The notes beneath the pieces are model-generated. The model had not been told where the DNA came from and ran no database searches. It saw only the letters and a program-made list of their open reading frames with translations. The position numbers and the translations under genes were made by a program. A stretch of DNA of 64,000 bases from Verrucomicrobiota bacterium. Its GTDB lineage: Bacteria; Chlamydiota; Chlamydiia; Chlamydiales; Rhabdochlamydiaceae. Of the stretch, positions 41,493-51,542 are shown one piece after another; position 1 is the stretch's first letter; every line of letters begins with the position of its first letter. The stretch covers positions 24,797 to 88,796 of the forward strand of contig JAFEGV010000001.1 of assembly GCA_018239665.1 (NCBI GenBank), written 5' to 3'.

Positions 41493-42704
41493 TTAAAAAG
41501 GGTCCAAAGACCGATGGCATGGTTTTATTACTGCTTCTAGGGCTTCATTCATAATATAGAAACTGCCGCAAACGATGAGGAGCTCTCCTGCTTGTTCTGC
41601 AAGCATGAGGGCCTCTTCCATTGCTTCCGAGATCTTCGGATGGCAGGTATAGGCAGCGAACCGTTGCTGTTGAAGGGACTCTGCTAAAGCGTCCAAGGAC
41701 GCTGCGCGGGGGGTAGAGGCTTTGACCAGGTGCAGATGAACTGCTGACGAAAGAAGATATTTAAGGCAGGAAGCTGCATCTTTATCTTTGCAAAAACCGA
41801 CGAGGAACCGCTTGTTCCTATTCGGAAAAAATTGATTCAGGGCAAAGACTAGATGGGCAAAGGCGTCGGGATTATGGGCGACGTCAAAGATCACATTGCC
41901 GCGTTGTTCAAAACGGCATCTTGGCCGAGCTTTTAAGCCAACTTCAATGCTTTCATCCTGCAGATGAAATCGTTCTCTGAGCAGCGTCAGGGCGTTGCGG
42001 GCGGTAGCGCAATTTTCATCATCGAAATAGAAACTTGCGCAATCGGTCGCAATGAGCCGGCAGTTAAGTTGCTCCGCCCGCGTTCTAATCGCTTGGTTTT
42101 TCGCCTTAGGTCCCGTTACGCAGGGAACTGCTTGTTTGATAATTCCTGCTTTTTCTGCGGCGATCGTTTCTAGGTCGTCGCCCAAGAGGTGGGCGTGCTC
42201 TAGGCTGATGGATGTGATCACGCTGAGGATGGGATCGATGATATTGGTCGCATCGAGCCTTCCGCCCAATCCGGTCTCAATGACTGCAACGTCGACGTTT
42301 TTATTGCGAAAATGATGAAAGGCAAGTTGAGTTGCAAGCTCGAAAAAGGTCGCCTGCAGCTTCAAACGCTCATTGATCGAAAATAGGAGCTGCAACCCTT
42401 GGTTGGAGCTTTCGTCGTCAATCGGCTCTGAGTTGACGAGGATCCTTTCATTGAAGTGGAACAGATGAGGAGATGTGTAAAGACCGACCTTGTACCCTTC
42501 TTGTTCTAGGGCTTTTGCAATTTTAAGGCTGACCGAGCCTTTTCCATTGCTGCCGGCAATATGGATGCAAGGATAGGAGCGATGGGGAAAATGAAGTTCG
42601 CGTGCCAATGCGAGAGAATTGTTCAAGGCAAAGGGTTCGCGGCATCCAGAACTTTGATGCGCAGGCGCAGCGAAAAGTTTATCAAGAATGGGATTGCTTG
42701 TCAC
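41493..42704 (-). CDS. folC: bifunctional folylpolyglutamate synthase / dihydrofolate synthase
   Basis: Mur-ligase P-loop IHIAGSNGKGSV is present, with ETGLGGRLDATN and EHAHLLGD..IAAEKAGI. The 403-aa length is typical of FolC. Confidence 0.85.
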   Translation of the reverse strand: MTSNPILDKLFAAPAHQSSGCREPFALNNSLALARELHFPHRSYPCIHIAGSNGKGSVSLKIAKALEQEGYKVGLYTSPHLFHFNERILVNSEPIDDESSNQGLQLLFSINERLKLQATFFELATQLAFHHFRNKNVDVAVIETGLGGRLDATNIIDPILSVITSISLEHAHLLGDDLETIAAEKAGIIKQAVPCVTGPKAKNQAIRTRAEQLNCRLIATDCASFYFDDENCATARNALTLLRERFHLQDESIEVGLKARPRCRFEQRGNVIFDVAHNPDAFAHLVFALNQFFPNRNKRFLVGFCKDKDAASCLKYLLSSAVHLHLVKASTPRAASLDALAESLQQQRFAAYTCHPKISEAMEEALMLAEQAGELLIVCGSFYIMNEALEAVIKPCHRSLDPF

Positions 42705-43513
42705 AGGCGTCGCTGGAATATCTGGTTGAACGTTTCTTCATCTACCCAGGAACATCCTAGAGGAATGTAGCTCTTCGCGGCGCCGTGGAAATCTGAGCCG
42801 CCGCTGATCAGCATCTGCTTTTCTTTGGCCATTTTGACCCACCGTCTCTCCTGGTCGGCCAAAAATTTTGCGTAATGGCATTCGATCCCGTCGAAGGGAA
42901 GCTTGAGAAGTTCGCGGATCTTGTTCTGGTGGTCCATGAGGTGGGGATGGGCAAGGAAGGCTTTGCCGCCTGCCTTATGGATATGATCGATTGTCTCTTC
43001 CGATGAAATACTCTCGCCGCGCACAAAGCATTGGGCATCGTCGCCAATGTGCAGCTGAAAGGCCTGCTTAATGGTGGCGACATACCCTTTTTCGATCATG
43101 ATCTGGGCAATATGAGGGCGGCCCAGGATTGTTCCCCGCTGCAACAGCTCCTCTTCGGTGATCGGCATGCCGCGGGCCGTCAGCTTCTCCAAAATGGCGC
43201 GGTTCCGGTTAAGGCGGCGTTGCTTGTGCCGCTGGCACAGCGCGAGCAGGTCGGGATGATCGAGAATGACGTCGTAGCCGAGGATGTGGACGCTCATCTC
43301 TTTAAAGACGGAGGAAAATTCGACTCCGGCTACAAGAACAAGTCCGATCTCTTTGGCCTTAGGGATGGCCATTGGATAGGCATCGACGTTGTCGTGGTCG
43401 GTGATGCAAAGGGCCGACAGGCCGACTTCCTTGGCATGGACGACTAGCTCCTCGGGCGTAAAGCTCCCGTCGCTGCAAGTGGTATGCGCATGCAAGTCAG
43501 CTCGAAACATCAA
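42701..43513 (-). CDS. PHP-domain phosphoesterase (TrpH/YciV-like)
   Basis: ADLHAHTTCSDGSFTPEELV...ALCITDHDNVDAY...GVEFS...AHP... carries the PHP metal-binding His/Asp pattern. Confidence 0.8.
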   Translation of the reverse strand: MMFRADLHAHTTCSDGSFTPEELVVHAKEVGLSALCITDHDNVDAYPMAIPKAKEIGLVLVAGVEFSSVFKEMSVHILGYDVILDHPDLLALCQRHKQRRLNRNRAILEKLTARGMPITEEELLQRGTILGRPHIAQIMIEKGYVATIKQAFQLHIGDDAQCFVRGESISSEETIDHIHKAGGKAFLAHPHLMDHQNKIRELLKLPFDGIECHYAKFLADQERRWVKMAKEKQMLISGGSDFHGAAKSYIPLGCSWVDEETFNQIFQRRL

Positions 43514-43516
43514 TTC

Positions 43517-44386
43517 CTATTGTTGGTAAGGGATGCAACGGATCTCCATCTCGAGGTCCTGTCCCGTTTTCTCTTTGACGACATTCTTCACATGTTCCGA
43601 TAGCTGCAGAACATCTTTAGCTTTGGCATTGCCCTTGTTGACAATGAAGTTGGCATGCGTGGTAGAGACTTCGGCGCCTCCGATCCGCGTTCCTTTCAAT
43701 CCCGCCTGCTGGATCAGCGCTCCGGCTGACTGGGGAGATGGGTTGCGGAAAATGCAGCCGGCCGACTTGTCGCTATAAGGCTGGGTGCGTGTCCTGTACT
43801 CGATGATCGAAAGCTGTTTTTTACGGGCTTCTTCAGAAGGAACGAGCAAAAACTTAGCAGCGACGATCGCTCCTTTTTCATTGTGGAACGATGAGTAACG
43901 GTAAGAAAAAGTGATCAGGTTCTTTGGAAGCACTTCCAGAATGCCTTTCTCATTGACATAGCTCACTTCCATGAGCGATTCCTGAGTCTCCGCTCCACTG
44001 GCTCCCGCATTCATGTAGACAGCTCCGCCGACCGATCCGGGAATCCCTGATGCAAACTCCAGCCCCGACCATCCTTTGCGGGCCGTCTGTGCGCCGAGCA
44101 GCGAAAAGCTATAGCCCGCTCCGACAGAAACAACGGGCCATTCAAACTGGCAAAAAGAGATCTTATTTAAGATCACAAGTCCGTCGAACCCGCGGTCGTC
44201 GAACAGGCAATTAGAGCCTTTTCCGATGACGATATAAGGAAGCTTCTGCTGATAACAATAAGAGAGAACGGCTTGCATCTGTTCGATCTTGGAGATCTCG
44301 ATGAAAAATCGTGCCGGCCCCCCAATGCCAAATGTTGAATATTGGTTTAAAGGTTTTTCAACTTCGAACCGGAATGGAGGAGACAT
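43517..44386 (-). CDS. murB: UDP-N-acetylenolpyruvoylglucosamine reductase
   Basis: FGIGGPARFF, IVIGKGSNCLFDDRGFDG, GIPGSVGGAVYMNAGA and SAGCIFRNP are MurB hallmarks. Confidence 0.9.
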   Translation of the reverse strand: MSPPFRFEVEKPLNQYSTFGIGGPARFFIEISKIEQMQAVLSYCYQQKLPYIVIGKGSNCLFDDRGFDGLVILNKISFCQFEWPVVSVGAGYSFSLLGAQTARKGWSGLEFASGIPGSVGGAVYMNAGASGAETQESLMEVSYVNEKGILEVLPKNLITFSYRYSSFHNEKGAIVAAKFLLVPSEEARKKQLSIIEYRTRTQPYSDKSAGCIFRNPSPQSAGALIQQAGLKGTRIGGAEVSTTHANFIVNKGNAKAKDVLQLSEHVKNVVKEKTGQDLEMEIRCIPYQQ

Positions 44387-44394
44387 TTGACCTC

Positions 44395-44847
44395 TTAGGT
44401 GATCTCTGATTCGCCTGCGGAAACTAGACTAAGTTCTTTGCCTTCTTGCTCCTGATAAAGGGCATCGATAATGGCATTGACAAATGTGGCTGCTTCGGGA
44501 GTCGCGAATTTACGAGTGAGTCGAATGGCTTCAGCAATGGCCACTTTGGCCGGAATGTGCTCAGAATGGAGCAGTTCAAAGATCCCAAGCCGCAAGATAT
44601 TGCGCTCGATCCGAGGGATCCTTTCAAAATCATAGGACTTCGAGTATTGAGTGATGATCGCGTCGATCTCCCCTCTTTTTAATTGGACTGCATCTTTGGT
44701 CTCGATCGCCTGGCGCATCACTTTTTTTGAAACACACAGCTCTTTCATCAAAAGAGGGACCATCTCCTCATCTGTCGATCCGCCAAAATCGCAGCTGTAG
44801 AGTAGGAGAAAAACAATCTCTCGAAGCTTTTGTGGTGAAATAGTCAT
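44395..44847 (-). CDS. nusB: transcription antitermination factor NusB
   Basis: REIVFLLLYS..., ERIPRIERNILRLGIFELL....PAKVAIAEAIRLTRKF......FVNAIIDAL is the NusB fold signature. Confidence 0.85.
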   Translation of the reverse strand: MTISPQKLREIVFLLLYSCDFGGSTDEEMVPLLMKELCVSKKVMRQAIETKDAVQLKRGEIDAIITQYSKSYDFERIPRIERNILRLGIFELLHSEHIPAKVAIAEAIRLTRKFATPEAATFVNAIIDALYQEQEGKELSLVSAGESEIT

Positions 44848-44943
44848 AATCCTTGCCTAAAGAGCCGGTCATAAAGCCCAAGAGGATAACAAATATCTTT
44901 GTTTCCCTCTACCTCAAAACGCGCATCGGTTTAAAATTAAATT

Positions 44944-45408
44944 TTACAGTTGAGAGCGGAGCATCCAGGTAAACTTCTCATGGGCACCCAGCCGCCTTCC
45001 GATCATGTCGACCGTTGCAAAGTCCTTCTCATTATCAGCAACTTCCGCAACCTTTCTGGCATGGCAGATCAAGGTCTCATGGGCCTCGATCAGGCTTAAA
45101 AGCATTTCTTTAATGCTAAGGACCCTTTCCTCTTCTTTAACCCCGGTCATTTTTTTAAGGGCCCCAAAGGAGGCTTCGACAAAATATCCAAGGGTTCGGA
45201 TCCTCTCGGCTATCTCATCGATCGCTTCTGCCATGTCCCCATATTGTTTTTCGAAAAGCAGGTGAAGGGAATAAAACTCGGGACCGGTCAGGTTCCAGTG
45301 AAAATTCTGCGTCTTCAAATAAACCGCGTAGGTGTCTGCATGCATACGTGCCAGCCCCAAGCTGATCTCCTGCCGATTTTTTTCCGATATGCCTATGTGC
45401 AAGTCCAT
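44944..45408 (-). CDS. dps: Dps-family DNA-binding ferritin-like protein
   Basis: LARMHADTYAVYLKTQNFHWNLTGPEFYSLHLLFEKQYGDMAEAIDEIAERIRTLG shows the Dps ferroxidase-site pattern (H..W..G, H..F, D..AE). Confidence 0.85.
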   Translation of the reverse strand: MDLHIGISEKNRQEISLGLARMHADTYAVYLKTQNFHWNLTGPEFYSLHLLFEKQYGDMAEAIDEIAERIRTLGYFVEASFGALKKMTGVKEEERVLSIKEMLLSLIEAHETLICHARKVAEVADNEKDFATVDMIGRRLGAHEKFTWMLRSQL

Positions 45409-45514
45409 TGTTTTTCCTCCGATGCTACAAAAGTATTGAAAATTGCTCTCCCTTCTTGTTATACCGATCTTTAGTGCATGGTCAAGTTTTAACTAAAATT
45501 GCAGGTGATTTTTC

Positions 45515-46108
45515 GTGCTTGGGATCTTTCTGGATTCAGAGACCAACGGTTTGAATGCGATGAAGCATCGGATCATCGAGATCGCATTTAAAATTATCGA
45601 TGTGCGCACCGGAGAGCTGAAAGATCAGTTTCAATCCCACATTTCCGCCTCATTCGAAGAATGGGAAAAAAGCGACCCTGCAAGCCTTCAGGTCAACGGT
45701 TTCACTTGGGCCGAGGTCAGCCAGGCCTCTTCTCCGAAATCCGTTGGAGAAAACATCATCAAGCTGTTCAACAAGCATGACATTAAGCGGGGCGAAGCGG
45801 TCTTCATCTGCCAAAATCCTTCATTTGACCGGATCTTCTTTTCCCAGCTTATTGATGTCGACACGCAAGAAAAGCTCCTGTGGCCTTACCACTGGCTCGA
45901 CCTTGCATCCATGTACTGGGCCAAGGCGATCCACAAAACCCAGCTCGGAGAGGGAAAATATCCTTGGGAAACGGGCTGCTCGAAAGATAAGATCGCGACG
46001 GCCTTGTCCCTTCCCAAAGAAGAAAAGCCGCACCGCGCCATGAACGGCGTCAACCATCTCCTCCTCTGCTACGAATCGGTCGTCAACTTTCCGGAAAAGA
46101 AAGCCTAG
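45515..46108 (+). CDS. DEDD-family 3'-5' exonuclease
   Basis: ExoI is FLDSETNGL. ExoII is the FICQNPSFDRIF context. ExoIII is HRAMNGVNHLL. The apparent start is GTG. Confidence 0.7.
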   Translation: MLGIFLDSETNGLNAMKHRIIEIAFKIIDVRTGELKDQFQSHISASFEEWEKSDPASLQVNGFTWAEVSQASSPKSVGENIIKLFNKHDIKRGEAVFICQNPSFDRIFFSQLIDVDTQEKLLWPYHWLDLASMYWAKAIHKTQLGEGKYPWETGCSKDKIATALSLPKEEKPHRAMNGVNHLLLCYESVVNFPEKKA

Positions 46109-46239
46109 ATACGAACTCCAACTCAGCTCCTAGAAACATATCGGGGAAGAATTCATACTGCGAAGCTGAATTTTATACACATATTTATTGAAGCGATTAT
46201 AGAGATCTGGTTTGATGCGGATGAAGAGTACCCTCTTTC

Positions 46240-48414
46240 ATGCAGCGGAGCGTCATGAGAAGGCAATTGATCAAGATATGGCATATGGCCAGGACATTGA
46301 AAATCGATATCCTGACCTTTTTTCTTACTTTGATCTGCATATCTTTTCTTGCCCTTATTTCAATTACGAGATCGAAAAACTATAAGACCATTTTAAACTT
46401 CTCGAAAGAGGTGGCTGAGCAATGCTCCGTTCTGGTAAGCCAAAAATTTCGCGAGATTACAATGAGTTCGGAAAAGGTCTCCAAGGTCGCTGCCGGCTTT
46501 TTTCCCGAACTGGCCCCCTTTACTTTTCAGAATGAACCTTTGATCACGTATATGCTGAGCGTGATCAAGTATAATGGGCATTTTGCAAACATTTACATTG
46601 GACTGCCCAATGGCGGATTTATCGGTGTGATCGGAGGGCAGTTTGCCGATAAAAGAACCTATCTGACCGATCCGACAAAACCTTGGCCCGAAGAGGCAAA
46701 GTTCGTGCTCCAATTTGTCGATAGGGTTGCCAATCCTCCGACTGATACCTGGTACTATCTCACGGAGGACTTTAAACAGATCGATCAAGAAGTGCTCTAT
46801 AATTCGACCTATGATTCTCGAACGCGCCCCTGGTTTATCGGGGCGGTAAAGACACACTCGCTTTATTGGACTGAATTTTATCCTTTTCAGCCACAGATCG
46901 GAATAGGTATCTCGGTCGGGAATCCGATCTATGGCCAGCAAACTTCAACAGTTGGAAATTCCGACCCACTCCTCGCTAAGCCGGACATGAACCAATCTAT
47001 ATCCCCTAGGGAGGATCTGCTCGGGGTCATTGGCATCGACTTGACGATGGTGTTTTTAGACGATTTTATCAAAAGCCAAGATGTCAGCGAGCACGGCAAG
47101 GTGTTCATCACTAATGATGTCGGAAAGATCATTGTTCCAACTCGCGCGGAAGATATGGCAAGTTCGCCAATCGACTCGGCCCTCGTCTCCATGTTGTTCC
47201 AACAGTACTCCAACGACCCTCTCAAACCTGACAATGTAGCCCGCTACCAGGGAGTCGAATACTTAAGCTACACATCTAAACTTCCCGGAGTTTTTGGAAG
47301 GAACTGGTACATTATGACGATTGCTCCTTCAGACGATTTCTTTGCAGGGATGATCAAGGTGCAGCATAGGGTTTTATTATTTATTTTTGGTATTTTGTTC
47401 CTGGCCGCCCTTGTGGTGATCTATTTTGCCAAAAAAGTTTCCTTCCCGATCAAGAGGCTTGCAAGCGAGGTAGATAAGATCCGCAAGCTAGAACTGCTAA
47501 GCGAAGCTAGAATTCCTTCCAACATCAATGAAATCCAACAGATCGATAAGGCGATTGCATCGATGCGGCGCGTCATACGATCTTTTTGCAGGTATCTTCC
47601 CAAAGAAATCGTCAAAGACCTTATCGATAATCATGAAGAAATTACCCTCGGGGGCAAAAAGAAAGAGATCACGATATTTGTTTCCGACATTACTAATTTC
47701 ACTTCGATTGCCGAAGCCCTGCCAATGGATCAACTTACGGCTCTTTTAGGCGAATATTTTGACGTCATGTCGAAAATCATTCTTAAATCGCATGGAACGA
47801 TCGATAAATTTATCGGTGACGGGATCATGGCGTTTTGGGGCGCGCCGATCGAATTTGAGGACCATGCGCAAAGAGCTTGCATAGCGGCCCTCCAATGCCT
47901 TGCCATTATTACCGCTTTAAATGAAAAGAGGCGCGCATCCGGGGCGCCGGAGTTCTATACCCGTTTCGGAATCAATACGGGGACTGTGATCGTCGGCAAT
48001 ATCGGAACAGAGGAGCGGATGAATTACACGGCCATCGGCAATGCTGTCAATACAACGCATCGTCTGCAAGAAGAGGGCAAGCGCTATCACACTTCGATTA
48101 TTATTAGCGAAAAGGTCTATCAAAATCTTGGCAGCAATTTTGTTGTTCGTCCACTGGATGCCGTCGTAGTAAAAGAAAAAAAGGAAAAGAGCCTCATCTA
48201 CGAACTTGCAGGCGTTGAAGAAGGAGAGAAGGAAATACAAGCGGACTTGGAAAAAAGGGAGCTGTGCCGAGCGTTTACAGCCGCCTTTGAAGCTGTGCAG
48301 GCGGACGACTTGGAAAGAGCCTATGCCATCTTTTCTGAAATTGCAGCAAAGCATCCTGACGATTATCCCACCCAGATCCATTTAAAGCGAATTGAAGAAA
48401 GGCGGGGAAGATGA
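46240..48414 (+). CDS. membrane-bound class III adenylate/guanylate cyclase (TM - Cache-like sensor - TM - HAMP - cyclase - helical C-terminal tail)
   Basis: The Cache-like box is TRPWFIGAV...WTEFYPF, and the HAMP-like box is FPIKRLASEVDKIRKL. The cyclase core reads ITIFVSDITNFTSIAE...HGTIDKFIGDGIMAFWGAP...GINTGTVIVGNIG...YTAIGNAVNTTHRLQE. The start is ambiguous among several Met codons (46240-46285). Confidence 0.85.
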   Translation: MQRSVMRRQLIKIWHMARTLKIDILTFFLTLICISFLALISITRSKNYKTILNFSKEVAEQCSVLVSQKFREITMSSEKVSKVAAGFFPELAPFTFQNEPLITYMLSVIKYNGHFANIYIGLPNGGFIGVIGGQFADKRTYLTDPTKPWPEEAKFVLQFVDRVANPPTDTWYYLTEDFKQIDQEVLYNSTYDSRTRPWFIGAVKTHSLYWTEFYPFQPQIGIGISVGNPIYGQQTSTVGNSDPLLAKPDMNQSISPREDLLGVIGIDLTMVFLDDFIKSQDVSEHGKVFITNDVGKIIVPTRAEDMASSPIDSALVSMLFQQYSNDPLKPDNVARYQGVEYLSYTSKLPGVFGRNWYIMTIAPSDDFFAGMIKVQHRVLLFIFGILFLAALVVIYFAKKVSFPIKRLASEVDKIRKLELLSEARIPSNINEIQQIDKAIASMRRVIRSFCRYLPKEIVKDLIDNHEEITLGGKKKEITIFVSDITNFTSIAEALPMDQLTALLGEYFDVMSKIILKSHGTIDKFIGDGIMAFWGAPIEFEDHAQRACIAALQCLAIITALNEKRRASGAPEFYTRFGINTGTVIVGNIGTEERMNYTAIGNAVNTTHRLQEEGKRYHTSIIISEKVYQNLGSNFVVRPLDAVVVKEKKEKSLIYELAGVEEGEKEIQADLEKRELCRAFTAAFEAVQADDLERAYAIFSEIAAKHPDDYPTQIHLKRIEERRGR

Positions 48415-50504
48415 AAAACCGATCATCATTGTTATTTCGCAGGTCATGGTCGTTCAAGGTCTATATACTGACCCTCTTTCTTCTGTTGATTTTGATCTCA
48501 TTTTGTTCTGTGGGCGCGTTTGCCTTTTCGAAGCAATACGCCTCGGCCCTCTCTTTTTCTAAAGGGATCGCAAAACGTGCCGTAGCGGCCATCAATGAGA
48601 AATTGAATGCGATGGCCCAAAGTTCCGTACAGATCACTCAAGTAGCCGCCAATTACGTTTTAGAACTTGGAGACCTCTCCATCGAAGATCCTAAATTGAC
48701 CTTATTTATGCGCAACGTAATAAAAAACAATCAAAACTTTGCCAATTTCTACATGGGCTTCGATAATGGAAATTTCATAGGAAGCTACAATCATTCTTAT
48801 ACCGATACGAACACCTTTTTTTCCAAGCCGTCAGAGCCCTTGCCGGAAGGAACCGTTTTTTCATTGACCTACATCGATATGATTGCGAATCCCCCCATGG
48901 AAACAAGACGTTATTTGGATAAAGATTTTCATGAGCTTGCAAGAGAAGTTTTTAAGCCAGGGCCTTTTGGAGTTAAAGACCGTCCATGGTATGTAGGCGC
49001 AGTGGAAAAAGGGGGCGTTTTTTGGACAGGCATTTATCCATTTCTTTATATGAAAGAAACCGGGATCTCGGTCAGCAACCCGATGAAAGACCGAAACGGC
49101 ACGTTCAAAGGAGTTGTTGCGATCGACCTCCCTTTTGTCTTTTTGTCCCATTTTATCGAGGAGCAGATTGTTGGAAAAACGGGAAAAGCATTTCTTATTA
49201 ATGACCAAGGAAAGATCCTTGCTCCGATGACCCTGCCTGGCGATGAAAAAAAACGGGAGGAGCTAATATCGATTATAGCCGATGTGTATAAAGCCTACGT
49301 CTCTAAAGATCAGGATGAAGAGCGCTTTATTGTATCATACGATCATAAGAAGTACCTTACATACATCTCCAAGCTTCCCTTAGCTTTCCATGAAAACTGG
49401 AGGATCGTTACCGTCGCTCCCCTTAACGATTTTTTAGGAGCAACGCTCCTGATGCAAAAACAATTGTTGATCATCACTCTTGGCATTCTGTTATTAACAA
49501 GTTTTATCATTGTCAAGTATGCCGGCAGGATCTCCTCTCCAATCGCTATTTTGTCAAAGGAAGTGGATAAGATCGGTAGGTTGGACCTGAAAAGCGATCG
49601 GCAGATCAGATCGAACATCAAGGAGATATTATTAATCGAAAATGCCGTCGCCGCGCTCAGGCGCGCAGTCTATTCTTTTGCCAAATACATTCCCAAAGAG
49701 ATCGTCCTGGACCTATTCGAGAAAAAAGAAGAGATCGTTCTTGGAGGGGAAAAACGGGAATTGACGATGTTCTTCTCCAGAATATCCGAATTTTCAGACA
49801 TCGCTGAATCGCTATCGATCGATGTTCTATCACAGCTTCTTACCGAATACTTGGATAAAATGTCGAAGATCATCCTCAGCTCCAACGGCACCATTGATAA
49901 ATTCTTGGGCAATGGGATCATGGCGTTTTGGGGAGCTCCTCTCCCTGTCAGCGACCATGCTGCCAAAGCATGCACGACTGCGCTTCTTTGCAAAGTGATG
50001 ATTGCTAGATTAAATCAAAAGCACAAAGAAGCGGGAATGCCCGAATTTGTAACGCTGTTTGGAATCAATACCGGGACGGCGATCGTAGGGAATATCGGCA
50101 CGCAGGAACGGATGAACTACACCGCAATTGGAGATGCTGTGAATATTACCTCTCGTCTTGAACATATCGATAAGCTCTACCATACCTCGATCCTCATCAG
50201 CGAAAACGTCCATAAACAGCTCAATGATCAGTTCGTCATGCGCCCTCTCGACGAGATAGCGGTGAAAGGAAAGGCTCAAAAGGTTAAAATTTATGAGCTT
50301 GTCGGCAAATTTGGAGAGGATAAGGAGATCGAGCCTAAAGAGGAGCAGGTCTTGCTTTGCAACCTGTTCCGAGAAGCCTATGAGGCGGAGGAAGGCAATG
50401 ACATCAGGAAGGCCTATGATCTCTTTAAATCGATAGCGTCCAAGTTTCCCGAAGACTATCCAACCCAGCTTCACTTAAAGCGAATAGAAGACCGGCTCTC
50501 CTAA
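48411..50504 (+). CDS. membrane-bound class III adenylate/guanylate cyclase, tandem paralog
   Basis: Same architecture as the upstream gene (DRPWYVGAV...WTGIYPF; SPIAILSKEVDKIGRL; LTMFFSRISEFSDIAE...GTIDKFLGNGIMAFWGAP...GINTGTAIVGNIG). The start overlaps the upstream stop as ATGA. Confidence 0.85.
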   Translation: MKNRSSLLFRRSWSFKVYILTLFLLLILISFCSVGAFAFSKQYASALSFSKGIAKRAVAAINEKLNAMAQSSVQITQVAANYVLELGDLSIEDPKLTLFMRNVIKNNQNFANFYMGFDNGNFIGSYNHSYTDTNTFFSKPSEPLPEGTVFSLTYIDMIANPPMETRRYLDKDFHELAREVFKPGPFGVKDRPWYVGAVEKGGVFWTGIYPFLYMKETGISVSNPMKDRNGTFKGVVAIDLPFVFLSHFIEEQIVGKTGKAFLINDQGKILAPMTLPGDEKKREELISIIADVYKAYVSKDQDEERFIVSYDHKKYLTYISKLPLAFHENWRIVTVAPLNDFLGATLLMQKQLLIITLGILLLTSFIIVKYAGRISSPIAILSKEVDKIGRLDLKSDRQIRSNIKEILLIENAVAALRRAVYSFAKYIPKEIVLDLFEKKEEIVLGGEKRELTMFFSRISEFSDIAESLSIDVLSQLLTEYLDKMSKIILSSNGTIDKFLGNGIMAFWGAPLPVSDHAAKACTTALLCKVMIARLNQKHKEAGMPEFVTLFGINTGTAIVGNIGTQERMNYTAIGDAVNITSRLEHIDKLYHTSILISENVHKQLNDQFVMRPLDEIAVKGKAQKVKIYELVGKFGEDKEIEPKEEQVLLCNLFREAYEAEEGNDIRKAYDLFKSIASKFPEDYPTQLHLKRIEDRLS

Positions 50505-50599
50505 TAGATCAAATTTGAAAATCGACACATACCGCTCATGAATGATTTTTAGGGTAAAAGCCTGAGAATCGCCCCCCTCATTAAACTAATATTCAGACT

Positions 50600-50627
50600 T
50601 TGGCTTTAGAGAAGCGCTTGGTATAAT
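50600..50627 (+). promoter_or_regulatory. sigma-70-like promoter candidate for the 50649 ORF
   Basis: TTGGCT (50600-50605), a 16-nt spacer, then TATAAT (50622-50627) preceded by TGg (extended -10-like). AAGGA lies ahead of the ATG at 50649. Confidence 0.45.
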
Positions 50628-50648
50628 GGCGCTCATCCAAAAAAGGAT

Positions 50649-51542
50649 ATGCATCAGATGAGCTCTATCGGCCAGGCAGCTTCTTATCCTCCTCATGGTT
50701 CTATAATGGAATCCTATGCTCGCAATGCCCAGAAGGATTTTCTAAGAGACCAATCGAGAAAGCTAGTTCAAGAAGCGCACATTTTTTTTGAAGGATTGCC
50801 TCCGCAGGAAATTGTCGACTGCCCTATTGAGCACACCGATCCCGAGCTCATTTTTAAAGAAATTTTTACGCTCCAGCAATGCGCCGGCATATGCATCGGG
50901 GAACTGCATACCGATCATTCTCCCAAGCATCTTCTCTATACGCTCCTTCCCCAACTCAAGGCCATGGGGGTTAATACCCTATATCTAGAGCATATTAAGC
51001 ACGATCTGATGCAACAAGATTTAGATGATTGGTTTGAAGGAAGGACCGCTTGCCTTCCGATCCATGTTACCCAGTTTCTTGAGGATCTGGACCGCAAGTA
51101 TGGCCTCTGCTCCCCCTACAGCTACACAGGTCTTGTCGCAAGGGCAAAAGAAGTGGGAATCCGCATCATTGGATTCGATACGCAAGCAGCAGCCATTGCC
51201 GGCTGCCACCCCAATATCCCGATGAATAAAGAAAAGCGGGTTCTTGCCATCAATTATCAAGCAAAGAAGATCATTGAAGAGTCAAAACAAGGCTTGTTCA
51301 TCGTTTTAACCGGAGTAGACCATGGATCGACTCTTAGGCACTCGAAAATTCCCGGCATTTCTGAATTGATCCACTGCCCTTTTCTCATCGTTTCCGATTC
51401 AACAGAATACAAAAAGCCGCAGGTTCATCTTCATCCTCCTTCTCCGATCCAGCTGGGCTATGACAATGAAGAGGACACTGTTCATGCCGTTATCGTCCTC
51501 GAAAACCCTCCTATGGATTCGCAACGACGCAGGTCGCTTTAA
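50649..51542 (+). CDS. hypothetical protein with a ChaN/Tiki-superfamily-like GExH motif
   Basis: ICIGELHTDHSPKHLLYTLLPQLKAMGVNTLYLEHIKHD resembles the GxxH...E signature of the ChaN/erythromycin-esterase/Tiki fold. This rests on a motif only. Confidence 0.5.
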   Translation: MHQMSSIGQAASYPPHGSIMESYARNAQKDFLRDQSRKLVQEAHIFFEGLPPQEIVDCPIEHTDPELIFKEIFTLQQCAGICIGELHTDHSPKHLLYTLLPQLKAMGVNTLYLEHIKHDLMQQDLDDWFEGRTACLPIHVTQFLEDLDRKYGLCSPYSYTGLVARAKEVGIRIIGFDTQAAAIAGCHPNIPMNKEKRVLAINYQAKKIIEESKQGLFIVLTGVDHGSTLRHSKIPGISELIHCPFLIVSDSTEYKKPQVHLHPPSPIQLGYDNEEDTVHAVIVLENPPMDSQRRRSL

